A stretch of 64,000 bases of DNA from Guillardia theta CCMP2712 (Eukaryota; Protista; Cryptophyta). The translations under genes and the position numbers were made by a program. The notes below the pieces were generated by a model. The model searched no databases, was not told the origin of the DNA, and saw only the letters and a list, made by a program, of their open reading frames with translations. The DNA lies in the NCBI RefSeq assembly GCF_000315625.1, contig NW_005434566.1, forward strand, positions 62,001-126,000. Direction: 5' to 3'. Of the stretch, positions 1 through 11,928 are shown in pieces. The first letter of the stretch is position 1. Every line of letters starts with the position of its first letter.

Positions 1-1969
1 TCAAGGTCGCCTCCAATAACTTCGGGACAGTTGGATCAGTTCTCATCCTCAAGGTGCTCGTGCCTCTTGCTTCGCCATCCCTTACCTCCTCGTAGGGCCT
101 CATGGAGAACAGCGCGCTGGTTGAGCTCGACCTCTCAGGAAACAACGCAGGAGCAGGTGATGAGGGAGGGGAGGGAGAGAGGTGAGGGAGGGAGGCTGAG
201 AGAATCTCAGATGCTGGAGTGATGGCTGGAGAGACACTGACAACCAACTCGACACTGACTTGTGAGTGAGAGAGGACAGAGAGGAAGGAGGAGGGGGAGG
301 AGGGGGTGCGCTAAGCTTGGCTTCAGGTTTCTCTCTTGCTCGCAATAAGATCGGGTTTCATGGTACCTCTGCCATGGTCTCTCCCCCCTCATCCCCCTCA
401 TACCTTCCCCCTCATCCCCTCACGCTCCTTCAGGCTGCTGCTCTCGTCTCAAACTCCCGATTGACCGTCCTCGACCTCTCCGACACTCAAATGCAGGTCT
501 TTCTCCTCCCCCCCTGCTCCCCCCCCCCGCGTCCTGCTCCTCCCCCCCCTGCTCCTGCTCCTGCTCCTGCTCCTCCGCCACCGCCTCCTCCTCTCCCCCC
601 CTCCTTCCTCCTCTTGCTGCTCCTGCTCCTGCTCCTGCTCTCCCTCCTGCTCTTGCTCTGTTCCCCCTACTCCCCCCCCTCCTCCTGCTCCTCCTGCTCC
701 TCCTGCTCCTCCGCCTCGTTTTGCCTCTCATCTTAGCCTCCCTCCTCGAATCGTCTTCGTTTATCCTTCTCTTTCTTCACTCCTTCCTTTCTTTTCCTCA
801 CAGGATCGTGGATGCATTGCAATGGCAAATGCATTGGAGAGCAACTGCTGCCTGACACACTTCAATGGGAGGTGAAAGTGACGATGATGATGCTGTCTTC
901 GAGCTTGTTTCTTCGGTGATGGTGGTGATGATGAACATCGAGATGCTGGTGCTGGTGCTTCTGCTGCTATAGTTGATGTTGATGTAAACGATGTGCATGA
1001 GCAAGGGGTTGACGATAGTGTCAGTCGGAACGGTATCTCTGAGCAAGGAGGTTTGGCATGGGCTGATACTCTGTGGGCGAATTCCACGCTAAAGGTGAGG
1101 AAGGAGAAATGGAGGAGGGAGGGAGGGAGGGAGAAGAGGAGGAGGACAGAGAAGGGATGGCTTTTGCGCTATTTGAAGGGCAGAGGACGGAGGAAGGTGG
1201 AAGGTGATGTTATGTTTGCTTCAGAGTCTCAACCTTTCAGAAAATCCTCTCGGAGATGAAGTAGCGGTCAACATAGCAGGCAAGAACAGCATGCTGCTGC
1301 TGCTGCTGCTGCTGCTCGCCTTGGTGTCTGACTTGGGCTCATCGCTTGTTTGTTTCCTTGGGAATGGAGCAGGAGTTCTCTCGCAGAACGACTCGCTGAA
1401 GAAACTAGAGCTCTCCTCCTGCAAGCTGGTGAAGCGCTGGAGAGAAAGAGAGAGAGAGCAGCTGACAGGACACAGGGAGACGAGGGGGCTCTGTCCATCA
1501 TCGATGCCATAGAGGTGTGTGAGGGAGGAGGAAGAGGAGCTAGTGCCTGGTCGGGTGGGAGGAGGCGAGGCGAGGGAAGTGGACGAGGAGCCGTTGACGA
1601 TGGGAGCAGAAGAACACTTCCCTCACCCGCCTGCGACTTGCCAACAACCTCATCTCCGAGACAGGAGGCATGCTTCTCGCTGGTGAGGAGGAGAAGGTGG
1701 AGAAGGAGCAGGAGGGAGGGGAGGGTAGGAGGGAGAGCATAGGAGGAGAAAGCTCAATGGCTGACCAGTCGCAGGTCGCGCATGCTTCTCTTCTTCGCGT
1801 ACAGAAGGAGTGCTCGAGAAAGAAGGTGAGGGGAAGGCGAAGAGAATGAAAGGAAAGGGACTCACTATGCTCAAGCAAGCGACTGAATCAAAAGAACCAA
1901 GTGAACTAGCTGCGCAAATTCGAGTGAGCTTCGATGATGAAAATGGAGATGTTGTTGTTGTTGTTGTAG

Positions 1970-2033
<64 letters not shown>

Positions 2034-2037
2034 AGTT

Positions 2038-2117
<80 letters not shown>

Positions 2118-2385
2118 TGTTGTTGTTGTTGTTGATGATGATGATAATGATGATGATGATGGAGATGGAGATGGAGATGGAGATGGAGATGGAGATGGAG
2201 ATGGAGATGGAGATGGAGATGGAGATGATGATGATGGAGATGGAGATGGAGATGATGGAGATGGAGATGGAGATGATGGAGATGGAGATGGAGATGGAGA
2301 TGATGGAGATGGAGATGGAGATGGAGATGATGGAGATGGAGATGGAGATGAAGATGATGATGATGATGATGGAGATGATGATGGA

Positions 2386-2419
<34 letters not shown>

Positions 2420-3699
2420 ATGATGATGGAGATGGAGATGATGATGATGATGATGATGATGGAAATTGAGATGGAGATGTGAAGAGGGCTGTGGTGGAGG
2501 AGAGGGAGGATGTCTAAGTGAGGTTTGAGGTATTGAAGCGGAAGGAGCAAAAGATCCTCGAGTACGAGTTCAGGTTCCCGCCTCTCTCTCTCTGCTCTGC
2601 TCTGCTCATCGCGGTCGCTCGTGAAGGATCGGGAAGGCGTTGGCGGCGCGCAAAGAGGCAGAGAAGATCCTCGGGGAAGAGAAGAGGTGAAGAAGCCTGA
2701 GGAGCAAAGGGAGACGAGAGGGGAGGTGTGAAAGGCGAGAGAGGTCGAGGAGGAAGGGGAGGGGTGAGGAGGAGGAGGAGCGGCAGGGCTGACGGGATTT
2801 CAGGATGTTCGAGGAGGCTCAGGGCGAGTGGAGGATGAAGATCGACGAGGCGCAGGGCGAGCTCAACGAGCTGTTGCAGGTTGACCGTCGGCACCTCTCC
2901 TGCTGTCCTGCCTTGTCTCCTCATCACTCGCCGCAGGCGGTGGAGGATGCGGAGCGACGGCTGGAAGAGAAGACGACGGAGAAGCAGCTTCTGCTCAAGA
3001 CACACGCGGAGAGGATGGAGGTGCTGGGAGTGGAGGAGGGCAGGCGAGGCTCACAGGAAGCAGGAGATAGAGAAGGCCATCAAGCTGCACGAGGAGGAGG
3101 GGAGCAGCTGAATAAGCTCATAGCCGAGGCGACGATGCAGGTGGCAAGAGGAGGACGGCAGCCAAGGAGGAGAAGCAAGGAGGGAGAGGAAGGGGATGAG
3201 AGGAATTTCAGAGAGGAGAGAGAGAGGGAGGAGCAGGAGGCTGGTCTGACTTGGCTCGTAGCTTGCGGACGTGGAGCAGAGCAAGAAGGTCCTCACGGTC
3301 CTGCGCTTGTTGGCTGCTGCTCAACCTTGACAGGAGCGGGTGGAAGGGCTGAGAAGCGAGCTCGAGCAGAACCAGCAGCAGATCCTCGAGCTGGAGAAGG
3401 AGACAAGAGCCGCGCAGGAGAAACTGCGACAGCTGGAAGCCGAGAAGCAGCAGGCAAGCAGAACACACGCGGTGAGAGAAAGAGGAAGGAGGGAGAGAGA
3501 GGCGAAAGGCAGCAGGAGCGTCGCCCCTGTCTTGACTTTGATGTTCTAGATCGAGTCGACGAGTGCGGGAGGGCGCGAGCGGCGGTACTTGCTGCCTCCT
3601 CCTTGCGCACTTGACGTGCTGCTGCAGGAACCACCGGCAGCTCAACCACCAGCAGCAGCAGCAGCAGCGAAGAAGAAGGCGAAGGAGAAGCGAAAGTGA
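1..3699 (+). CDS. RNI-like leucine-rich-repeat protein with C-terminal coiled coil (multi-exon, 5' partial)
   Basis: Spliced exons give LRR units LVELDLSGNNAG, LTVLDLSDTQM, SLNLSENPLGDE, LKKLELSSCKL-GDEG and LTRLRLANNLISETGG. E/K/Q-rich heptad exons follow, ending KKKAKEKRK* at 3697-3699. Confidence 0.8.
1949..2462. repeat. Compound intronic microsatellite (GTT)n-(GTA)n-(GAT/GGAGAT)n
   Basis: Directly visible; lies inside an intron of the LRR gene. Confidence 0.9.
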
Positions 3700-3823
3700 G
3701 AAGCAAGAAGTGGACTGTGTGAATAGGAGGGAAGTGAAGGAGGAAGAGGTGCAGGAGTGGAGGTGATCGTAGCAGGAGGAGAATGTGCAAGCGAGGGAGA
3801 TGAAGAAATTTCAAGCTGAGCGC

Positions 3824-5480
3824 CTAGAGTCCCATAAACCACGAGACCGGCAGCTGCATAGCTGCCAGTCCGAGAACGAAGTACTCCTGGAGGAGGCGAG
3901 GTGAGGGAGAGGAAGAGAGGAGGGGGCAGACAACCTTGCCTTGGCTCCTCTGCTGAGCGCCAGCAACGTCTGCAGGAGGGTCACGAGGGCATCGCAGGTC
4001 TGAGGTCTCACTGTGTGGGATGAGCCCAGCGGAGACGGTCTTGAGCTGCTCGAGCCATCAGAGCGAGGGAGAAGACGGAGACGAGGAGGAGGAGAGGAGG
4101 GAGAAGAAGAGGAGGAGAGGAGAGGAGGGACAAGAGCAGAAGAAGGAAAGGAATAGAGGGAGGGAGAGAGGAGGAGGATCAGGAGGAGGAGGAGGAGGAG
4201 GAGAGGACAACCATGAAGAAGGACATCGCAGCGCCCGTGTAAAGCCACACGAGCCAGTAGAAACTCCTCCCGAGGAAGATGTAGGCTAACTTGGCGAGAA
4301 CAATCCTGCCGCACCCGTCAGCTCATCGACTTGCCCACCACACGCCTCCTCTGCTCCCTCTCCTCTTCCTCACTTACCCGACGTACTTGTACCCACTGAA
4401 TGACACGAAGTCGAGGAAGGAGGCCTGCGCGCGTTGAGCTCCTCGAGTTGCCGTCCCTTCCTTACCGCTGGGCCTTCCAGCAAGTAGAACCCCAGCTTGA
4501 GCAGAAGCACCTACCGTCCCTCAGCCTCTTGTCACACACCTCACACGCCTCACCTCAAGCACCAGCACTGTCAGCCCGCTGCTCGCCGTCTTTCCCAGCA
4601 CCTGCTCGCTCGTCACACTCGCCGGCAGGACGCGGCAGGACCTCAGGCGTGAAGCTGTTCTCCCATCCCTGATTGAGCCCGCACAGCACGATGTAGGTGA
4701 CAAACGCCTGGGGGGAATGAGAAGAGAGGAGGAGGAGAGGAGGAGAGGAGGAGAGGAGGAGAGGAGGAGAGGAGGAGAGGAGAGGAGGAGAGGAGNNNNN
4801 NNNNNNNNNNNNNNNNNNNNNNNNNNNNNNNNNNNNNNNNNNNNNNNNNNNNNNNNNNNNNNNNNNNNNNNNNNNNNNNNNNNNNNNNNNNNNNNNNNNN
4901 NNNNNNNNNNNNNNNNNNNNNNNNNNNNNNNNNNNNNNNNNNNNNNNNNNNNNNNNNNNNNNNNNNNNNNNNNNNNNNNNNNNNNNNNNNNNNNNNNNNN
5001 NNNNNNNNNNNNNNNNNNNNNNNNNNNNNNNNNNNNNNNNNNNNNNNNNNNNNNNNNNNNNNNNNNNNNNNNNNNNNNNNNNNNNNNNNNNNNNNNNNNN
5101 NNNNNNNNNNNNNNNNNNNNNNNNNNNNNNNNNNNNNNNNNNNNNNNNNNNNNNNNNNNNNNNNNNNNNNNNNNNNNNNNNNNNNNNNNNNNNNNNNNNN
5201 NNNNNNNNNNNNNNNNNNNNNNNNNNNNNNNNNNNNNNNNNNNNNNNNNNNNNNNNNNNNNNNNNNNNNNNNNNNNNNNNNNNNNNNNNNNNNNNNNNNN
5301 NTCCTGCAGCATCCGATGCCCTGAATCGAAGAACTGCGCCCCTGAAGATGCTGCCATCTGCTGCGTCGTCAGCACAGCAGCTCCTCCTCTGTTCTCCTCT
5401 CCGCCTATTCCTCCCCCCTCCCCCTCCTCTCCCTCACATGCAGCATGGCGTTATCAAAGCCGTCATTGGGCCTGCAGAGA
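3824..5480 (-). CDS. YIF1: YIF1/Hrf1 family ER-Golgi membrane protein (multi-exon, spans N-gap, 5' end uncertain)
   Basis: Exons read AFVTYIVLCGLNQGWENSFTPE / VLGKTASSGLTVLVLE / VLLLKLGFYLL / SFLDFVSFSGYKYVG / IVLAKLAYIFLGRSFYWLVWLYTGAAMSFFM / EYFVLGLAAMQLPVSWFMGL*. These match the Yif1 motifs (F-x-P-E-x-LG-x-x-ASS; LD-x-x-x-x-SGYKY-x-G). Confidence 0.88.
4796..5301. other. Assembly gap (other gaps: 12054-12153, 21110-21209, 25299-26295, 35209-36046, 38485-38584, 50008-50107)
   Basis: Runs of N, mostly flanked by simple repeats. Confidence 0.99.
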
Positions 5481-6571
5481 GCCATCAAAGAAAGAGAGGA
5501 GGTCGAAAGAACCCGGAACGAAGACAACACAAGGGTGAGAAAGCACCGGGGGCACAAAGATAAGGGAATGTTGATGGAAGTTCTAAGGCGATGGAGATGA
5601 TGATGGAGATGATGGCATACAAGAAGATGATCGAGGTAATGACCAACGTCTTGGTTGGCGTCGATGACCAAGACGAAGAGCAAGGAAAACAACAAAGAGC
5701 TTGAAGTGGGGACGAAGGAGAAGGAGAGAGGAGGGGAAGGAGGAGAGAGGAGGGGAAGGAGGAGAGAGGAGGGGAAGGAGGAAGCAGGTGAAGTTGGGCA
5801 TGGCATGGCAGTGCTGCTGCCGCTGCTTCTCTTACTCGTCGCGCTGTTCGTGCGGTTGATGTCTCCGCATTGCTGATGATGTGGAGGAGGGTGGGTCTTG
5901 ACAGTCAAACAAGGGGGTAGGGGTGTGTACAAGGGGTACTTCAGCTATCGAAGAAGGGGTAAGGGTGTGTTCGAGCCATGAGGGGTGGTGTACCTCCAGT
6001 TTGAATATTGTAGGGCGAAATAGAGGGTACTAAATGTTGAAATGACGGGTACTTACAGAAACGATAGGGTGATTCATTGAGAGGGTGGTCGAATCGATCC
6101 AACCAGACTTACGCCCATGGCGACGCCGCGAGTGATGGTGATCGTGCTGAAGGTGAGGGAGAAGGCGATGAGCATGGAAGATGGACGGAGAAATGCAACA
6201 GACCAGCACTACGAACATGCAGCTAGCGAGGATGAGGATGAAGATGACACGTGATGTGAGGATTAAGAAATAGATGTGGCAGATGTTTGGATTCGTTGTA
6301 ATGCTGTGGATGGGTATGTACAAGAGGTGGTTGTAATGGAACGATGATGGGATGAGATGGGATGAAAAACTATGATAAGATGATGGAAATCGACATGATA
6401 AGATGGCGAGATGAGATGAGAAGCTGAGGAGATGACATGAGAGGCGGAGTAGCAGACAAACGAGGAAAGAAGGGATCCATTGAATGAGCGGCGTGCAAGT
6501 TTATTCCCAAACTAAACTTATACGTAGTCGGCTTGTAGTTTGTAGCACTAGATCGATGAATCTATGAGCTT

Positions 6572-7972
6572 GTGTTCTTCGTTCTCTTTGATCTGTTTGC
6601 TTGTGTGGAACCTGCTGAGATTGATCGAAGCGAGAAGATTCTGATGCGAAGATGTCGCAAACAGGCGGACGGATCATGTGTGGAACAGAAAGTCGCGATA
6701 TCACCAGGTAGAGGCAACGGGAAAAGACATGGGCATGCAATGAACCTTAAGTCAGGGTGGCAAGAGAAGCTCGTAGGATATCCAACGGTCCCACTAGGAG
6801 AGGACGGGCTGATAGAGGCGCTGGACGCTCAGGTTATCTGCATCGACGAGGACAATCTGGTCTGTTGCACTCGCTCTCTCGCCCCCTGCTCCTCATGTCG
6901 TCACCTCCAGGAGCCCGACCAGGCTGAGAGTCTTCCCGTGAACGCGCATGAGCTGCCGGCTCCCATGGAGGATGACGGTGAAGAAGTTGACGCTCTGCCG
7001 CACGCGTCTGACATGTCGGGCGAAGAGGCGAGGGGCGACATGATCATCTGGAGGAGAAACGACGTGGGATGCCCCTCGGACATCACAATCGATGAGTGGA
7101 AAGAATATTGCCTGGTAAGCCCCGGAGAGCTCGACCCCTCTGACCCCTCTGACCCCTCTGACCCCTCTGACCCCTCTGACCCCTCTGACCCCTCTGACCC
7201 CTCTGACGCCTCTGACCCCTCTGACCCCTCTGACGCCTCTGACCCCTCTGACCCCTCTGACCCCTCTGACCCCTCTGACCCCTCTGACCCCTCTGACCCC
7301 TCTGACCCCTCTGACCCCTCTGACCCCTCTGACCCCTCTGACCCCTCTGACCCCTCTGACCCCTCTGACCCCTCTGACCCCTCTGACGCCTCTGACCCCT
7401 CTGACGCCTCTGACGCCTCTGACCCCTCTGACGCGCCTGTAGAACCCGAAAGCCCCCAAGTTTCTGCAGGCGATCGACGCGCGTCGCATGAGGAAGGTGA
7501 GAGAGTCTGCGCTCGGAGAGCTTTCAGTTGAAGTGATATGTAGGAGGACAACGAGAATGAAGATGAGGACGACGATGACGAGGTAAACATAGATGCTTGG
7601 CGCATGTCGCTGAAGTCAGTCCAGGACGACGATGTAGATGATGACAATGACAGCGAAAATGGTAGACTGAACACTGAACAACTGGCATCCAAGACATGTA
7701 ATTTTGTTCTTCTTTCTTATTCCAGGCGAAGAAGAATCTGAAGATGGAGCAAGCGACGACGACGATGACGACGACGACGACGACGACGAAGAAGAAGAAG
7801 AAGAAGAAGAAGAGCAAGCAATTTCTGCTGACAATGTGGAAGATGGTGATACTCATGCGATGGTTCCACTGATCGATTGCGGGTCTGATTCGGTGTCATG
7901 GTTCTAGATGAATCTTCCTCGAGCTCAAGTGCGGCAGATTCTCCAGACAAAAAGAAGCAGAAGACTTCATGA
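6572..7972 (+). CDS. Hypothetical acidic low-complexity protein (multi-exon, start uncertain)
   Basis: Consistent GT-AG exons (…DEWKEYCL / [18 protein letters not shown] / [13 protein letters not shown] … [11 protein letters not shown]). No family recognised; the basic C-terminus could be an NLS. Confidence 0.5.
7133..7432 (+). repeat. 9-bp tandem repeat (GACCCCTCT)n, ~33 copies, intronic
   Basis: Lies between donor GTAAGC (7115) and acceptor TGTAG (7442). Confidence 0.9.
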
Positions 7973-8059
7973 CTGAAGCAAAAGCCGGCGGATCAAACCC
8001 TGCTGGCTGATATCAATTGATTCAATGAATAAGCCTAGTAAGTATCATCAATCCATTTC

Positions 8060-8390
8060 TGGAGCATTGTCCTCCCCGGCGCTCAGGCGCCGCGGAGTTC
8101 AACGGGGTCATCAAGTTCAAATGGCCGGGCGTGCTGCCTCAGCCCCTCAGTGACCCGGCCCGGCGCCCGCGGCCGCCGAATCGGTCAGAGTCTCAAGCGG
8201 CCGGGCGGCGCCCGGCGCGGCCGGGCCCGGGCCGTGGACGCGGGCGGGGCCCGGCCGATCACCGCATGGTCACGGTGACGCCGGTACCGTTAACGGCAGT
8301 CTCAGGCCGCCGGGCCCGGCACCCGGCGGCGCCGCAGGGCGGCCGGCCGCACTGGCCCGGGCCATCATGATCATTGACCGTTAATTGTAA
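8060..8390. promoter_or_regulatory. Palindrome-dense GC-rich island upstream of NDUFS6
   Basis: Dense CCGG/GGCC/CCCGGG/GCGGCCGC plus GTGAC, CTCAG and GAGTC words; ends ~130 bp before the NDUFS6 ATG. Regulatory role is inferred from position only. Confidence 0.5.
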
Positions 8391-8518
8391 CGGTAATACA
8401 GAGTTGTGCCTGTCGTTCTGAACTGTTGTTCTCTAGAAATTGAAATTTTCTAGCAATTTTTCACATAATTAGTGACACTATGACCTCATAGACGTTTGGG
8501 TCCATACCGCCGAAGAAG

Positions 8519-10287
8519 ATGCTGAGAGTTGGCTGCGCAAGGAGCTTCGCCCATGCGAAGGTGAAGAGAAGAGAGAGAAAGAGAGAGGAAGGGAATGAGA
8601 GGAGGAGGAAGGGAGAGATGAGAGCCCTTCAAGCCTCTTGATGCCAGCTTTTCTTCTCTTTGCGTCAATTTCTATGCGCTCCCTCATCTCGCCATGTCTT
8701 TGCTTTGAGCATTGTGATATTACAACAGCTGGACTCTTTTATCCTCATCCTTCTATCTTCTCTTTTATCCTCACCCTTGTATCTTCTCTTTTATCCTCAC
8801 CCTTGTATCTTCTCTTTTATCCTCACCCTTGTATCTTCTCTTTTATCCTCACCCTTGTATCTTCTCTTTTATCCTCACCCTTGTATCTTCTCTTTTATCC
8901 TCACCCTTGTATCTTCTCTTTTATCTTCATCCTTCTATCTTCTCTTTTATCCTCACCCTTGTATCTTCTCTTTTATTCTCACCCTTGTATCTTCTCTTTT
9001 ATCCTCACCCTTGTATCTTCTCTTTTATCCTCACCCTTCTATCTTCTCTTTTATCCTCACCCTTCTATCTTCTCTTTTATCCTCACCCTTGTATCTTCTC
9101 TTTTATCCTCATCCTTGTATCTTCTCTTTTATCCTCACCCTTGTATCTTCTCTTTTATTCTCACCCTTGTATCTTCTCTTTTATCCTCACCCTTGTATCT
9201 TCTCTTTTATCCTCACCCTTGTATCTTCTCTTTTATCCTCATCCTTCTATCTTCTTTAGACCACTTCTCCTCAGTTGATGTGATTGAAACTCCTTCACCC
9301 TAAACCTTGTCCTCCTCGTCTCCGCCTCTTTCCCCATGTCGGGCTGTTGTAATCGTTTCTCGAGCACAGGTCGCCATCCCATCAACAAGAATAGCCTGCA
9401 AGAGGTTCTCAAGCTCTACTGGCAACACAATCACCCCTAAGGTTGTCTTCTTGTCCTCGCACTCCTCTTCCCGTCTCGAACGTCTTCTCGTCTCTGCTCT
9501 TCTTTGCTTGTCCTCCTTCGCTCTGTTCCTCCTCTGTTGCTTGTCCACCTCTCACATCCCTCCCTTCCCCTCCCCTGTCCATTTCTTAGCCTCTCCTGCT
9601 TCTCCTGCTCTGCTCTACACCTCAAGTTTGTTCCTGCTTTGTCCTTTCCTCTTCCCGAACGACTAACATGCTATTCAATACAAGGATGAGTACAGTGGCC
9701 GATCAGCCTATGAGATCGGGCAAGTCGCTTTGCTTTCGTTCTCGTCTCGTGCATGACGGGCTTCACAGCAACAAGGCCAAGGAACGTGTCCATCCTAGCG
9801 CTTCGCCTCTGCATCGCGTTCACGAGCCCGTGGGCGAGGTCTGCCAGCCTCGTCTGCTGGTCTGTCAATCTCCTGACCGTCTCTTGCAGGAGGATGCGCC
9901 ATGGACTCCAAAGTCCTTCATCGGTAAAACCCCGCAGGTGAGACATCGACCCCCTCCCCGGCTGCTGCTGCTGCTGCTGCTGCTGACTTGGTTTATAGCA
10001 ACTTGTGCATGAAGTTCCTCCCATCCCTGTCAACGGCGCGAGGGTCTCATGCAACGGCGGTGATGTTGCTCGCCATCAGCACATGATGCATATTGCTTGT
10101 CTCTAGCGCCTGAAAGCCTCTCAGGCCCCAACCGTGCGATGGGACATCCGGAAGTTTACCTCAACTTGGACGGAGAAAAGCCGAAGCCCTGCCCTTACTG
10201 TGAGCTCCTCCTGCTACTTAGCAGGGCAACTGACGGCTGCTGGCAGGTGGTTTGAGATATTTCAACGCCAAGAAGAGTCACCATTGA
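8519..10287 (+). CDS. NDUFS6: NADH dehydrogenase (complex I) 13 kDa-A subunit, zf-CHCC
   Basis: Spliced: MLRVGCARSFAHAK-VAIPSTRIACKRFSS… (mitochondrial presequence-like) …QLVHEVPPIPVNGARVSCNGAPESLSGPNRAMGHPEVYLNLDGEKPKPCPYCGLRYFNAKKSHH*. Carries the C…H…CxxC zinc motif. Confidence 0.92.
8733..9255. repeat. 26-bp minisatellite (CTCTTTTATCCTCACCCTTGTATCTT)n in NDUFS6 intron 1
   Basis: About 20 near-identical tandem copies visible. Confidence 0.92.
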
Positions 10288-10554
10288 CGTCGCTCATCGA
10301 AGACGAGGCAGCCTCGTGTTCTTCGCTGACCTTGTTGTGTATCTTGTGGAAGAAACGACTAGACTACGACCTCCTCCTGTCCTCCCTCAGTGTAATCAAA
10401 CGTGCTGCCGTCGTCTACAGTGAAGACCTCGAGTTGTCTCATGTGGTATATCGCAATGGGAGGCGGAGGGGAAGCGTGGCGAGCAAGAGGACGTAGTGAG
10501 TCATGTGTGCAACAAAGCAGATATCATGGACAGCAACAGACAATGCAGAGACCC

Positions 10555-11640
10555 CTAGCTCGCGATCTCCCGGGTTCGCACGTTGCTTACAAACTCGGCA
10601 AGAGCTTGAGCAGTGATGCTCGGCTGCTCGAGGTGAGGGACATGGCCGCACTTGTCGACCCACTGCAGGCTGGAGGAAGGGATGTCGGCGATGAACCTCT
10701 CGGCGTACTTGCTAGGCTCGAGGATCTTGTCGTCCCTTCCCCACAGCACGAGCGTCTCCTTGGTCACCTGCGAGACCTTGTCGGAGAGGTGATAACCCCC
10801 CGAGTTCATGAAGCCGATCATCGCCTCCTCCCACCCTCCGGTCAGGCAGTGCAGGCGTCCGATCCTCATCGCATCCTCTGTGCCCCATCTGTCGGGGTCG
10901 CTGTAGGCGATCTTGTTGGCGAACATGCGGAGAGGTTTGCTCTTGAGCACTTGCACTCCCAGCTGCTGCAGCATGCGCGGCTGCCCGGTCATGGCGGCCC
11001 CGTCGATGTAGCCCTGAGCATCGACCAGGACGAGCTTGTCCACCAGGTCTGGTCGCTGCAGGGCGACGTCGATGGCGATGGAGCCCCCGAGAGACGCGCC
11101 GACGAGGGTGACAGGACGAGCGACGTGCTGCTCGATGAAGCCCACCAGGTGACTCAGTTTGGCTGCCGGGGAGAAGGAGGACACCGCCTCTCTCTCAGTG
11201 AAGCCCCAGCCCAGCACATCCACCGCCCACGACTCGACGCCCTTCTCCTCTAGCCTCGGCTGCAGCCGCCGCCACTCGAGGCAGGAGGAGTCGAAGCCGT
11301 GCAGCAACAGGAGCGGCGATACCTCCTTGCTCGCCTCCACGTTGGTCTTGGAGTAGCTGGTGAGGACGGCACGCTCCGCGAAGGAGGGATCCATCTGCAC
11401 GGGCACCCGCCGCAGGCTTCTCGCCATGTTGATGCAATCGACGTCCTCGATCTCCTCCATCTCTCGTGGCAGAAACTCAGGGAACGAAGCGCTGCAGACA
11501 ACCCGTGAGGCTCGCAGGGACGCGTGGCATGAGCTCCTCCGGATCGAAGATGCTCCTCGGATGGCAGTGCTTGACGGCATGAAGCACTGACAGCAGGAGA
11601 AGACCTGCAAGGCAGCTAGAGGAAACAGCAAGACTTTCAT
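10555..11640 (-). CDS. Plastid-targeted alpha/beta-fold hydrolase (single exon)
   Basis: LLLHGFDSS, GASLGG nucleophile elbow, LWGRDD acid and CGHVPHLE His. N-terminal signal peptide with post-cleavage Phe (CQC-FMP) followed by an S/R-rich transit peptide. Confidence 0.88.
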   Translation of the reverse strand: MKVLLFPLAALQVFSCCQCFMPSSTAIRGASSIRRSSCHASLRASRVVCSASFPEFLPREMEEIEDVDCINMARSLRRVPVQMDPSFAERAVLTSYSKTNVEASKEVSPLLLLHGFDSSCLEWRRLQPRLEEKGVESWAVDVLGWGFTEREAVSSFSPAAKLSHLVGFIEQHVARPVTLVGASLGGSIAIDVALQRPDLVDKLVLVDAQGYIDGAAMTGQPRMLQQLGVQVLKSKPLRMFANKIAYSDPDRWGTEDAMRIGRLHCLTGGWEEAMIGFMNSGGYHLSDKVSQVTKETLVLWGRDDKILEPSKYAERFIADIPSSSLQWVDKCGHVPHLEQPSITAQALAEFVSNVRTREIAS

Positions 11641-11739
11641 GTCCTGCAATCAACTCAATGGAATATCACAACGTGCCCTCTTTCTCACAACACTCTCATG
11701 ACATTTATCACAACCATGTTACAACTATCATCGTCCTAC

Positions 11740-11821
<82 letters not shown>

Positions 11822-11928
11822 TTGCTCCTGCTCTTGCTCCTGCTTCCTGCTCCTGCTCCTGCCTTGTTCTGATGTTTGCTGCTCGTCTCCTCCCTCCCCC
11901 TTCCCTCTCCTCCCCACCTCTGCTTCAG

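Noticed and set aside
1810-2550. Poly-V/poly-I/poly-M/poly-D ORFs and similar homopolymer ORFs throughout
   Set aside because: They are translations of intronic microsatellites.
4020-4289. Plus-strand exon extending the LRR gene
   Set aside because: This is the antisense of YIF1 exons; the LRR gene stops at 3699.
7133-7432. (Asp-Pro-Ser)n or (Arg-Gly-Val)n repeat protein in the ORF track
   Set aside because: The repeat is bounded by strong splice sites and its removal restores a coherent frame, so it is most likely intronic.
10402-11253. 283-aa plus-strand ORF; likewise long antisense ORFs over 51-59 kb
   Set aside because: Antisense shadows of GC3-rich genes.
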